Positions 52,278 through 64,000 of a DNA stretch of 64,000 nucleotides are shown here, one piece after another. The notes beneath the pieces were generated by a model, which made no database searches, had not been told where the DNA came from, and saw only the letters and a program-made list of their open reading frames with translations. Each line of letters opens with the position of its first letter. The stretch's first letter is position 1. The position numbers were made by a program, and so were the translations under genes. The stretch is from Geosiphon pyriformis uo1 (taxonomy: Eukaryota > Fungi > Glomeromycota), in the NCBI GenBank assembly GCA_016748015.1, contig JAAOMT010000375.1, positions 305,156 to 369,155 of the forward strand, read 5' to 3'.

Positions 52278-53394
52278 ACAATAGGAAACAAAATGGATTT
52301 TGACAACCTTACAGAGAGCACCACTTTTATGTTACAGGTTGGAGTAACAAGCTAATGGATAGCAAGAAAGAACAGAATTGTAGGGTGATGGAAATAATTA
52401 AAGGAGAATTAACTTTAAAGAGTGAATTGAATGAGTATGAATTCAATATGCAAAATCAGTCTCATAAAATATCTCAGTTGCTATTTTTTTCAAAGGTAAC
52501 TGGGGAATCTGAAGGTAGAGAGATAATCTGTATTGTCAACAATTGATCACCACTGGTATAATTTTATGCCTTATATTGGTGCTCTTAGAATTCAATATCA
52601 AGTATCAACTTGTGCTTTTCAGTCACGTTTATTCAAATAATCTTCAAATGTTACAATTATATATGTCAGAAAAAGGCCAACAAGTAATCTTTTATCTTTA
52701 AGATGTTCAGATACTTGAAGGTAGGGAAAGAGAAATTAGCAATAAGAAAAGAATTGAGATGAAAGTTGTTATTTTATTTATTCTTGATTATTCAGATGCT
52801 TATTATTACATGCTTTTCTACAGCTAAAAAATTCATTGCTTATATAGCTATCAAAAGTGGTTAATGATCAGGTCAATGATTAGGTCAATAATCAGGTCAA
52901 CGGTCAGGTCATTGATCAAATCAATGATCATTTTCTAAAAATAGTGTGGCTAATCATATGACATCAGTGGCTAATATATGTAATAATTAATAAGAAGTAT
53001 AGGTCTTAACCATAACAATATATTACAGATTAAAACAAAAATTTTAAAATAAATAGTATTTAAAAATAAATAAAATTAATCAGTAAACTAAAATAAAATA
53101 AAAACAATAAATAAATAAGCAATATTAAAAAAAATAAAGTTTCAAAATTATAATAAAATAAATTATTTTTCTATTGTACTTTAAAACATTAAAATATATT
53201 AAAAAAAAGCTTTTTTTAAATTAAAATAGATTTTGCAACTATAATAAATAATTATCACATAATTTTTTTATTTTCTCTTGTTGATCTCTTGACTATGACA
53301 AAAGCAAAATTTTATCAAAGTTTTAATTAGTCTTTTTTTTTTTCACCTTGTCTTCTCTCTAATTATTTCTTCCAACTTTTCTTTTTTTGTTGCT

Positions 53395-55340
53395 ATGGAT
53401 CTAGTGAGTGCTTCTGCTGGTGGTTTTGGTTTGGGCTTAACTGGTTTGGAAATCCACTTAAGTGCTAAGAGTAAGTGCATAAAGAGCATTTACTCCTGAA
53501 GTACATCTCATAAAAAGCCAAAGAAGTCTGTTACAAGTGTCAGTATGGTCAATTCATTTGCTGGCCTGTTAAATCTTGTTGATATTGATGTTTCTGGTAG
53601 GAAGTCTGTGATATTGTGGAGTAGTAAAGTTGGCAGTATTAATAGCAGTGTAAGCAGACTTTCAGATGTCAAAGATATGGCAAACACAATTGCCAAAGAA
53701 ACCAGTTATACAGAATTAAATAAAGATAATAATATAGATGATACTACTCTGAAAAAAACTCGCACTCAAACATATGTGCTGGGCAACCTACCAAAGTAAC
53801 CTGTATTTGAACATATGAGTGACAATGATGAAGTGCTGGAACTTCCTCTTTGTGTAATTGTTGAATTCAATCAGTTGCTACTGCTCAAGTCACGTGCCCA
53901 AAAAGATGGAGTTTCAATTCAACAAAATCTTTTGTACTTAATATTGAGCTTTCTGTAACATCTGGTAAGTCAGTTAGTGATAAGTTAATTTTAGTAAAAA
54001 AATCTTTTATCAAGTAGATGGTTTTGGGGGAGCTTCAACTCCTTCAAAGTTCTTAGAAATCATTAGATTATCTTTTATATTTGAATCAAGTTTGAAAAAA
54101 GCAAAGAAATTGGCTGTCAGTGAGAATATTTTAGTTAATGATGATGTCAAGCAGATAAACAAATGCTTGAATTGGGAAATTGTTGTCAAGAAAATTTCTG
54201 TCAATCTTTCCAAATTGGTTGTGAAATCTGTTTTTTTCAAGTTTGGCAAGATTGTGTCAATTAAAATACAATTGATTAGTTTGTGGCAAAAAGCTTTTGT
54301 AAAATATGAATTATCTGAATTAGCTGATTTGGTCACAGTTAAATGGTCTGTTTTCATAGGAAAAGATTTTGTGCATGTGGCAAAGGTGATTGATGACAAA
54401 CAAATATGAGTATTGAGGAATCATCATTGGGCTTTGTTGTATATTCTCTCAATTGGTACTACAGTTCATGATTTGTCAGATTTGTTGGATTCATATGGTA
54501 GAAAAACTTGTATTATTGGTCATAATCTTAGTTCATATGTGCATGATAAATGTGCAGTTGTGTGTTTTGCTAATGAGGCATCTAAATTGGCTGCTATTGG
54601 TTTTACTCCAGTATTTAAGAATGTGAATTTGTACTGGGCTAGTCTCTCTTTGGTCTGCTGTACATTATGCAAACAATTTGGTTACTTCTTTAGTGGTTGT
54701 TTTTTGGGTGAGAATTCAGGTGTTCATGGTAGACAGGTGGTAACTGTTCAAGATCAGATTTGTTTAGCCAATATATATAAGAAAAAGCAGGCTCCAATTG
54801 CCCATCCAGTTTTTTTTGATGGTAAAACTTAGGTTCAAGTTGCTGATGGCTTTTCTTTACATGTGGTCCTTTCATTCTTTTCTGGTACTGATTTGTCTTT
54901 TGGTATTAGAATTTTTTCTGCAATTCTTGCTTTCTTTGGTAATTTTGACTTATATGACCATTTGGCTTCTTTAGAACACTCTGTGGGACTCCTGTTGAAC
55001 CAAGTTTCTAGTATCTTGAGAAAGTTAAGTTTTGTTAAATTGGTGTCTTTGGTGATCTCATTTTTTACCTTCCTCTTTTGTTGCTTCTACATCTTTGCAG
55101 TCAGGTTTGAATTCAAATATGGCTATGAATAATGTGTTGGTGCCATCTGTTCCTCTTTTCATTGATGTTAATGTCAATGTGTCTGGTTTTAGCTCTAATA
55201 ATTCCAAGGTTCTGACCACTAAGGTAGATGGTTTGGAGTCTAAAATGATGACATTAGATGCATCAATTAATTTGGTTTTGGTGAAATTAGATCGTTTATG
55301 TTCTGGTTTGGGTTTGTCAATTCCCCCTAATCTTCAATGA
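53395..55340 (+). pseudogene. LINE ORF1
   Basis: ATG at 53395; RRM-like pieces (VFFKFGKIVSIKI, ALLYILSIGTTVHDL), degenerate knuckle CTLCKQFGYFFSGC, C-terminal coiled-coil-like segment. Confidence 0.75.
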
Positions 55341-58300
55341 GTGATTTGGTTTGGAAAATTGCCACATGCAATGTTAAAGATATAAACAATCCTGTGAAAC
55401 AGGCTGATATAATTCATTGGCATAAAGGAGTGAACAATTTGATTTCTGTTGTTACTGAAACTAAGTTAAAGGATAATGTTTGTTCATTGATTATAAATAA
55501 GTTTGATGATGTTTGGGTCTTCACTTCTGGTTTAGACTCTGGTCATTTGGGTTCTGGTGTTGCAATTATCATAGACAATTTGTTAGCAAGACATGTGTAT
55601 AAGGTTTCTGAGATATCTGGTCGGCTCTTTACTCTCAAGTTACTCTTCAAAAATAAACTTTTTGTTTCAATTCTGGGGCTCTATGCTGGTGCTTCTTCCA
55701 TGATTTGATTCTCTCAAGCTGGTGATATTAATTCTATGATTGTTAAAGCAGTGAACAAATTTTCTTTCATTGTTTTAGGTGGTGACTTTAATAAAAATAG
55801 CTCCCATAAGTACATCAATTTCAAAAAGTGTCTGGATTTTGGTTTGGTCAATTTCTTAAATGGAAGTTCTTATGTAAAAACACTAATATGGACTAACTCT
55901 TGGGGTGTGGCTAAGATAATCAATTTCTTGTTCATTTTTTTGAACTTGGTTAATATTGTGGCAGATTGCAATGTATTTGATGTTGGGGAATATTTTAATA
56001 CTAATTATTAGGCTGTTTCTATGTTGGTGGGTTTGGATGGATTGTTTGATGTGCGGCTAAACTTCTTTTGCAAGCAAGTAAATAAAAATTGTTGGAGATT
56101 TGACTACAGAGATGCAGATAATATCAGATGGGTTAAGTTCAAAGAGGATATAGCAGCAAATGCTGTTATGTTTTACAATGAGTTTTTTGCATCTAAAAAG
56201 CACTCAGACTTGGATGCAATGTGGAATGCACTTCATAGGGTAATATGTCTATTAGCTAATACAGTCTTTAAAAGAAAATAGTTTAAGAACTATAACAGTG
56301 TTTTTACAAAAGAGTCATTCAGGTTTCACAAGCTGGAGCTTTTGGTGTCTAAAATTGTTAAAGCCTCTTGTCTAGTTTCTAGTGAGAAGTTTGCATCATT
56401 GCTTGTTAAATGGCACAGTTTGGATGTAGTTAATGCCTCTGTAGTGAAGTCTTTCTTTCTTTTGGGTTCTCATTTTGACATTATTCATTCAGTTTTGGTT
56501 AAAATTAAAAAGTTTTATTGTTCTTTTAAGATGTCAGAATTGGAGTGTACTAGAGTTTCTCAAATTAGATTGTTAATTGATAAGAGAATAGAAAGCTTTG
56601 AATTAAACAAGAGTTATACTATCAGAAGTGTATTAGAGCATCTTTTTCACAAAGTTGTGTTGGATTATCTGGCTGTTAATGGTAAATTGATTCTGGATCC
56701 TAATCTGATTAAGGCCAAGGTAGATGTAATTATAGAGAGGTGGACTAGGAAGTGTATAGTAGTAACTAATATTTCTGATAACTGGTATCACTAATATCAA
56801 CTTTTGGAGTATGTTTTTGATGATGCTTTCTCTGATGTGATGTATCTGATTGGTTTTGATGAAATGATTGGTGTGATTTCAAATCTGTTTGATGGAAAAG
56901 TGGCTGGTCTTTTCAACATCTCAAATGAATTATGGAAACATTGTAACAAGTCAGTTTTAGATATGCTTTTGGTGCTCCTGAATTTTTGTTTGTGTTGTGA
57001 GTCTGTTTCTAAGCCTTGGAGGAAGGCTTGGATGTCAATGATCTTTAAACTATATGAGTGAAAAGAAGTTTTTACAAATATCTATCTGATTGCTTTAATT
57101 AAAATGGCTCACAAGATCTTTTCCAAAATTTTTTCAGACAGAATTTTTTTGGCATATAGTGTTTTTGATGTTTTTAGAAGGGATAATTTTTTTGTTTTAA
57201 AAGGCACAATGATACAATCTCCTATTTTTGCAGTTGGTTTGGTTATTAAAGATGTCTTGAAAAAGGACTGTGAACTATGGCTTGTTTTGCAGAACATGTG
57301 GAAGGCTTATGATTCTGTTGAGTAGAAGCATCTTAGAAAGAGCTTAGTAAGAATAAAAATGTGTGATAAATTCATTTGATTTTTTGGCAGCATTTACATA
57401 GTCGGGTTAACAGAATTATGACTGATTTTGGGTTAACAAGCAGTTATCAGATGCATGATGGTTTGGACTAAGGGGAGGTATTCTTATCTCTTCTTTGGCA
57501 CATATTTTATAATCTTTTGTTGTGTAAAGTCAAAAGGCAAAAAAGTATATGTGGGTACAAGTTGAATTTACACTTCATTGTCAGAACTGGTTACTTAGAA
57601 TCTCAAGCTGGTTTGACATCTTTTCTTGCTGCTGGTGTGTTTGTTGATAATACAATTTGGATTGGTAACAGCCAAACTGCTACTTAGCATATTTTCAACA
57701 TTGTTAGTGAATTTTTTTGGCTCAATGACATTTTAATCAACAATAACAAAACTATAGCCATTCTCATTAATTGTAAAGTTGCACACTTTTTCTTGTTAAT
57801 CAATGGTCTGCTTATTTCTATTGCTAAAAAAGGGGAGTCTTATCAGTACCTGAATATTTTTCTGTCTACTGAGGGCTTGTTAAAGCCCAGCTTAACTAAA
57901 GCTCATGTGGATGTTCATTTTTTTGTCAATTTTGTATTAAGAAAAACTATCTCTGATAAGCAGTTCTCATATTTGGTGTCAGCAGTTTTTTTCCCAATTG
58001 TCAGCTATAGGTTTCAATTTAGTTTTGTTCTTATTAATGTGTGTAATAAGTGAAACACTTTAATTTACAAGGGCTTGAAGTCCAAATCTGGTCTTCCACA
58101 TGATTTTCTCAATGATCTACTTCATTATTTTTCATTGTATAATTTAAAGACTTTTGAACAAATTCAAGCTGAGGGCAAGTCTGCTTCTATTGTTTGGTTT
58201 TCGAATTTGGTTGGCATTCTGGGTTATCTGTTTGCACATAGATTACATGATCTGCAAGTGCTTAGCTAAAATTCTTATCATTCTTTGCTTTTTCTATTTT

Positions 58301-60021
58301 GTGTCAATGTTGACCCATTGAATAATTTTTTGGCTGGTGTAGTCCACATCTTTTTGAAGTGTGATCTGTCTCTGAGTGGTTTTGTGACTAATGTCTTTCA
58401 TTTCTGGGGTGGTACCCTTTTGTCTCTTGTTCTCAGTGGTTCTAAGTTTTTCAAATGTGTCTTTTTGCTTTGGTGATATGGAATTGCTTTTGCTAAGCAG
58501 CTTTACAATTGTGCTGGTGCAGTTCTTAATTGGAAGACATTTAAGCAGTGGAAAAGATTAGACTTGTATGGCCCAATTCCTAACTGGTTTGAGCTTTCTG
58601 TTTATTTTCTTAATGATGTTTCTTCTTCTTTTATTTGTTTGCCTTTTTCGGTGAGTGTTAATTTGTTGAATATTCTTAAGTCTCATGAATTTGGAGTTAT
58701 TTGTGACCATTTGTTGGGTGTTAATGCTAGTTGTTTTTCTGTTTATACAGATAGTTCTCTTAGCAGTTTGAGAACTCCAGACATAAAGGCTGGTGTGGCA
58801 GTTTTCTTTGAAGATATTGGTTTGGGTTTGGGTGTTAAAGTTTTTGGATTGGTGTTTTCTACTATGGCCAAGCTACAGGCTGTCACTTTGGCACTTGAGT
58901 GTATTTTCTCTTCTAGTTCAGTTCAAATTTTCTCAGACAGTTAGTCTGCTCTGGATGTGTATAAATTGGAGTTGGGCTTGTTGTGTCCTGATTTTCAGAA
59001 TCAGTATTGAATTGAATATTATTACATCATGAGTGTCATTCATGAAAAAAATTTGGAGATTAGTTGGCATAAGATTAAGAATTATTTGGAAGTTTTGGGC
59101 AATGAATATGCTAATACTTTTGCAAAGACTTGCTTTTCTAATTGGTATCTCTCTTATTATATTGCTGATTGTCATATCAAGACTGATGGTAACATTGTTT
59201 TTGCTAATTCTAGACATTTTGTTCACATTGTATTTTGGTCTGTCCATTGGGCATGCTGAAAGATTGGCTCTGGTTCTCTAGTTTTGATGAACACTCTGTG
59301 TATTGACATTGATTGGTTTAAGTCATTTTTGGTATGACATTTTGATTCACATTTGGTTTCTGGTTTCACTAGTAGGAGTACTGCTAAAGCTCGTACTTAT
59401 TTTATAAAGGCTTTGTATCATTGGCTTCTTGTTGCTGTTCATAAGCATTTGTATGCCAAGAACTATCTGAGTGTAGTATGTTTGTTTTATGAGGATATTG
59501 AGATCTCAGACCACACTTTTTTCTGCTCATTTGATTCTGATGTTTGTGTTCAGTTGTTGGACACCTATGTAGTCAATTGGAAGATAGTTTTTGGTTTGTT
59601 TTGCTTAGTCTCATGTGTGTTATAGTGTTTGAGTTCCTGTTTTTTCAATATTGCTGTGTGTATGACTTTGAGCAAGAAGTTTGTTTTCAATAGTTGATAT
59701 CGGAAGTCTCTTTCTATTTTTAAAGATTTTAAAATTGTGGGTCAGATGATTGTGAACTTCATGCACAGATTTGGCCTTACATTTAGAGAGAAGATTTGGT
59801 TGGCTTGTGTTAAACACTGGATGTTTATGAAGAAAAACGAACTAATTCCATATAATAGATCTGTTCCAGTCTCAGTGTGTAAGCTTTCTTTGGTGTTTTC
59901 TGCTAGTGTAATTAAATTGTTGGGTATTGCTAATACTATTGGTATTAGTTTTGGTTTTCATAATTCTTGTTGGTTTTTTTTAGGTTTAGATAGTATAGTT
60001 TCAGTTCATATAGACATATAG
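55337..60021 (+). pseudogene. LINE ORF2 (APE endonuclease, RT, RNase H, Cys/His motif)
   Basis: KIATCNVK, TETKL, SGVAI, LGGDFN (APE); LQNMWKAYDSV, GLD*GE, FVDN (RT); VYTDSS, AKLQAV, IFSDS, WHKIK...GNEYAN (RNase H); CLFYEDIEISDHTFFC. Confidence 0.9.
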
Positions 60022-60142
60022 TGTTGTTCTGATTAGTCTGAGTAGCTAATCACATGTGAAAAATGCATGATTCACACCTAGTTTAGATTACTTAGTTGAT
60101 GTATTGTACTAGATAATGTTTGGATCTCACTCATTAAAATAC

Positions 60143-60920
60143 AAAAAAAAAAAAATCACATAAATTATAATTAATTGTATTTATATAATTTGGAATTACA
60201 ATAATATAATAATCAAATATTATGTTATTAAAATGTTATTTTTACTTTATATAGATACATTTTATTTAAAAATAGTGTTAAATGGTTAATTCATGTAATA
60301 AAACTAATTATAATATATTATGTGGCTAATAAATCAACTAATATAGTTAAATAACAAAATAAATTTAAATTTTAACCCATTTGATTATTATATCTAAACA
60401 TGAAAATATTCACACATAGTTTATGTACATTGATGCACACAGAAAATCGTGTTTTGTGTGCAGGTTATGAAGAAAGTTTTCAGATTCGCGTCCTAGATTT
60501 TCAATTTCCACAGGCTTCTTCNNNNNNNNNNNNNNNNNNNNAAAAAAAAAAAAATCACATAAATTATAATTAATTGTATTTATATAATTTGGAATTACAA
60601 TAATATAATAATCAAATATTATGTTATTAAAATGTTATTTTTACTTTATATAGATACATTTTATTTAAAAATAGTGTTAAATGGTTAATTCATGTAATAA
60701 AACTAATTATAATATATTATGTGGCTAATAAATCAACTAATATAGTTAAATAACAAAATAAATTTAAATTTTAACCCATTTGATTATTATATCTAAACAT
60801 GAAAATATTCACACATAGTTTATGTACATTGATGCACACAGAAAATCGTGTTTTGTGTGCAGGTTATGAAGAAAGTTTTCAGATTCGCGTCCTAGATTTT
60901 CAATTTCCACAGGCTTCTTC
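60143..60920. other. Scaffold gap (20 N, 60522-60541) flanked by an identical 379-bp duplication
   Basis: 60143-60521 equals 60542-60920 as far as can be read by eye. Confidence 0.9.
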
Positions 60921-60943
60921 ACTTTTTCAAATCATTTCGCAAA

Positions 60944-62663
60944 ATGTCAATAACGTTGTACATTCAAAAAGTTATTGGATTTTCAATAACATATTATCTA
61001 GGTGGTGTTTTCATCACTCTTGTAATTATTAAACTTCAAAAACTTTTTGTTAAAACGCGAGACAAGTCTTTAAAACCTGAATACGTGTACGAATATGACG
61101 AAACGCTAATAGTTAAAAATGAGGTGTTGGAGAAGCCAAAAGAAATAGTAACCTCACAATGTATGGCAATTATTCTATTTTCAAAACCTTTTGAATACGT
61201 TACTCCAACGCAATTTAAGAGTTCAGTGATAAAACAAGTAAAGAAAGCTAGTGTAGGTCCTTACGTCCTCGAGAAATTACATGGACACTTTCTTCGAGCT
61301 AGCCTTGGTATTAAGAAAGAGTCACCCTTGAAAGGAAATTTCTTTTCTGAAGCCATTTTCGAGTTTAAGCCTCCTTATGTGTTGAGTCGCGCCACCACCT
61401 CTCTTTTAACATCAACCTCTTGGCAACTTCTCAAAAAAACCGCAGCTGTTCCAAACAAACGGGCTGAACAGCCAAATATTGCACCGATCTGCAGATCTAC
61501 AATCAAAATGATATCAACCAAGGAAAAATGTTGGGTTCTAAGAATTGATCTAGGATCTGGTGTTATACTTCACTTAAAAATAGGCACTTTAATAGAAGAA
61601 ATCACTTCGAAGATTATCGACAAAGATGAACAATCTATTCGCGTTTATTGCTTACTTGGAGAAATATGGGATCAAATCAAGAATACTCAATTTCCTTTAG
61701 AGTTATTGACCGTTTCAAAACAGAACTTCACAATGCAATCAATAGCCAATATGCTTTTTAATTATATCAGACAATCAACCCTAATTGATGCCATGAATAT
61801 TCCTGCCGCAAAGATCAAAATCACATTGAACACCTATGAAATCAAGCATGGCTTAAGAAATCCCGAGACAAAACTTATTTGTAGAACTCTAAGAAAAGAA
61901 AACATCATGGATAATCAATTTTGTCATGAGCTTGAGCAGTTATTAAGCTTCACTGATTTTTGGAATATTCCTATCCTAAAACCTCCAAAGACAAATGTTT
62001 TTAGCCCTCAAAAAATACCTTTGGCTGGTCCCCGCGATAATCTTATCAACAAAATTATTTTAAACATCGACAAGAAAGGCTTCCTATATCATGATCCAAA
62101 AAAATTATTAGAGACAAATATCTTTGATGACAGGGACGATGATGGTGTCAAAGAATTACCTCATGATTTATATCAGGAATCAAAATTTGTTCAACAACCC
62201 GATCCTAATAATCAAGTAGAGCTTGAGGATGAGAAACTGTCCTTATTCGGACAGGACTCGAAATATACATGCATTAATCACCTAACATCCGAGCCCAGCG
62301 AGAATGATGATTCAGATATTAATGAATTGTGTTTTAATGGTCCCAATGCTGCAGCTTCTTCTCGTCATGATGCAGGCTATGAGAAATTTTTGGAACAGGC
62401 TGCCGAGCTCAGAATTACAGAAGAAGGTCAGTATTTAAATTTTTTTTTGTCAACCTTAACGGTTTTAGCTTTTATTTTATTTCATAATATTTATCATATA
62501 ATCTTCTTCTTCTTATTCTTCACCGTGCTTAGAAGAACCTAATATATCGGACAGCAAAGCCGCCAGAATGAGGCTTGCAGCTCATCGCCTTGCAAAAACA
62601 CTTGGATGGGATTGGGACGGGACAAGAGTTGAACCTGAAGATGGAAACAATTGGAACAATTAA
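60944..62663 (+). CDS. Host gene, ~537 aa uncharacterised protein with an N-terminal hydrophobic segment; exons 60944-62426 and 62533-62663
   Basis: Uninterrupted 494-codon exon with normal CpG content. GTCAGT donor at 62427, AT/pyrimidine-rich 106-nt intron, CTTAG acceptor at 62532. Exon 2 is in frame (EEPNISDSKAARMRLAAHRLAKTLGWDWDG...NN*). Confidence 0.75.
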
Positions 62664-62666
62664 TAT

Positions 62667-62699
62667 TAGTAGTAGTAGTAGTAGTAGTAGTAATAGTAG
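62667..62699. repeat. (TAG)n microsatellite in the 3' UTR
   Basis: About 11 TAG units with one TAA variant, directly after the stop codon. Confidence 0.9.
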
Positions 62700-63583
62700 C
62701 TTGAGATGTGTATTTTACTTTTTGGTAATTTCTAGTAGTCGGAGCTAAAATACAGCACGATGATAATAATAAAAACTTATTAAGAGATAACCACCACGAT
62801 CGTATATAGTATTTTGTTTCCAACTTCGGTAAGGTGTGTTAACGTAAGATTACTTTATATAAACTTGGAAAATATTTTATTTTATAATTAAACTAGAATA
62901 AATAATAAAAAAACCTCACTTGTTAAAGCAATAAAATAAATAAATGAATAAAACAAAATTTGTTAAAATTACTATTCTGATTTTTGAATATACATATTTG
63001 GATTTTTAAAATAAAAATCCTTTTACTCATTTAACAAATAAACTTAAAAAACAACTTTTTTTTTGTGATAGTATTATTTCAAATAACACAAAATATCAAA
63101 TAATTTTTATTAATAAAAATAGAATAATAAAACCCCCCCCCCCCCAAGAAAAAAAAATTTGATATGTTTTGAAAAAGCAAGGATTGTGAATATTTGGCTT
63201 ATTATGATATTGCACTTTGTACATTTAATTCTGAAAGACCAACATGTTGTCCATTTCAAATTCTTTGATTCTCAATCAAACTTATATCTTAAAAATCATA
63301 TCTTCAAAAAATAATTGACATTTGTGTATTTTTATCTGTGAATTGAACTTTAATGTATTAATTGCAATTATACAGTGTGTTACAAAAAAAATTAGACAAA
63401 AATACACATCACAAACTTAATACAGTTTAACCAATTTTAGTTAGTCTGTGGTGGTTAAATTAGGAAGTGAATGCTAAGATAAGTGGCTAAATATGATAAA
63501 TTTTTTTCACGTATTTTACTATGGTGCAAACCATTTGGGGCGTGCTGCAACAAAGCCAGACAAAGTGAACATGTGACGTCACA

Positions 63584-64000
63584 TTATTTTACGTTTGAAT
63601 AGACTTTTTTCTTCAGAACAAATACTAGTATTAATGCCGTTACGGCCATAGTTACGAACACGGTAGGAATTAACCAAAGTGGGGAAATTCGGCCGATTGA
63701 TTCTTTTACTTCCGCACTGGCTCTGAGAGCTGCTACTTCTTGCTCTTTAGCAGCTACGTCTTTTCGCAAGCGGTCTAATTCTTGGCTTCTGTCTTTTTTT
63801 CCCCAGATTTTAGCGTATTCTTCAGGGTCTCTTAGTTTCAGAGCAATTCTGTCTACTTCGATAGCTCCCAACGGCTTGTTGTTTTTGACAGGTTTATTTG
63901 AAGGTATATACCATCGATGAGTTTTATACTTCGGAAATAAGTTAACTATCAATTCCTTCTCATCCGGAAAATCACAATCAGAAGAGAATTCTGCTTCCTC
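63584..64000 (-). CDS. 3' end of a host gene: coiled coil, single C-terminal TM helix and short basic tail; family not recognised
   Basis: Frame open to the window edge (EEAEFSSDCDFPDEKELIVNLF...); LWLIPTVFVTMAVTALILVFVL followed by KKK; CpG retained. Confidence 0.75.
   Translation of the reverse strand, partial: EEAEFSSDCDFPDEKELIVNLFPKYKTHRWYIPSNKPVKNNKPLGAIEVDRIALKLRDPEEYAKIWGKKDRSQELDRLRKDVAAKEQEVAALRASAEVKESIGRISPLWLIPTVFVTMAVTALILVFVLKKKVYSNVK

Larger units (their letters stand above)
45361..53017 (-). mobile_element. Element A3: full-length decayed Ty3/Gypsy LTR retrotransposon (7657 bp)
   Basis: LTRs 45361-46037 and 52330-53017, PBS 52307-52323, PPT 46038-46048; flanks TTAT/ATAT (3 of 4 match). 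Confidence 0.93.
53263..60154 (+). mobile_element. L1: full-length decayed LINE (non-LTR retrotransposon, ~6.9 kb)
   Basis: TSD ATCACATAA (53254-53262 / 60155-60163), ATTAAA at 60133-60138 followed by a poly(A) tail, two ORFs. Confidence 0.92.

Noticed and set aside
52355-52546. ORF within the A3 LTR, and other LTR ORFs (36567-36794, 38483-38722, 23267-23455)
   Set aside because: Frames are not preserved between sister LTRs.
53021-53060. TATTACAGATT as the start of another LTR
   Set aside because: Following sequence is featureless AT-rich DNA with no match to any LTR type here.
62539-62823. 94-aa minus-strand ORF with poly-Thr
   Set aside because: Antisense to exon 2 and the (TAG)n microsatellite of the plus-strand gene.
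63584-64000. Assignment of the last gene as a VAP/Scs2 or SNARE protein
   Set aside because: Coiled coil plus C-terminal TM is too generic; no diagnostic domain is visible in the window.

Overview
AT-rich eukaryotic, probably fungal, DNA. The repeat families and low GC suggest an early-diverging fungus such as a Glomeromycotina/Geosiphon-like genome; this is inference only. Bases 1-60154 are almost entirely decayed, nested retroelements, labelled here with working names. Ty3/Gypsy family A has three minus-strand copies (A1 6695-14261, A2 ~25127-42108, A3 45361-53017) plus a solo LTR and an LTR remnant. A related dUTPase-carrying group comprises B2 (25885-35981, complete) and the B1/C2 chimera (2214-24180). 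There is also an old pol fragment (1-2213), several more solo LTRs with 4-bp TSDs, and two RNase H-bearing LINEs (one full length, 53263-60154). All TE ORFs are broken by C>T/G>A decay and are nearly CpG-free. After a 20-N gap with a 379-bp assembly duplication come two convergent, CpG-retaining host genes of unknown function. The most notable signal is a retrovirus-like complex Gypsy group. It has a dUTPase, Cys-rich inserts between PR and RT, a third non-Env ORF before the PPT, a shared PBS, 4-bp YR-centred TSDs, a PBS-masking U5 hairpin and a conserved structured cassette in the LTR. All alignments were made by eye; no database searches were run.
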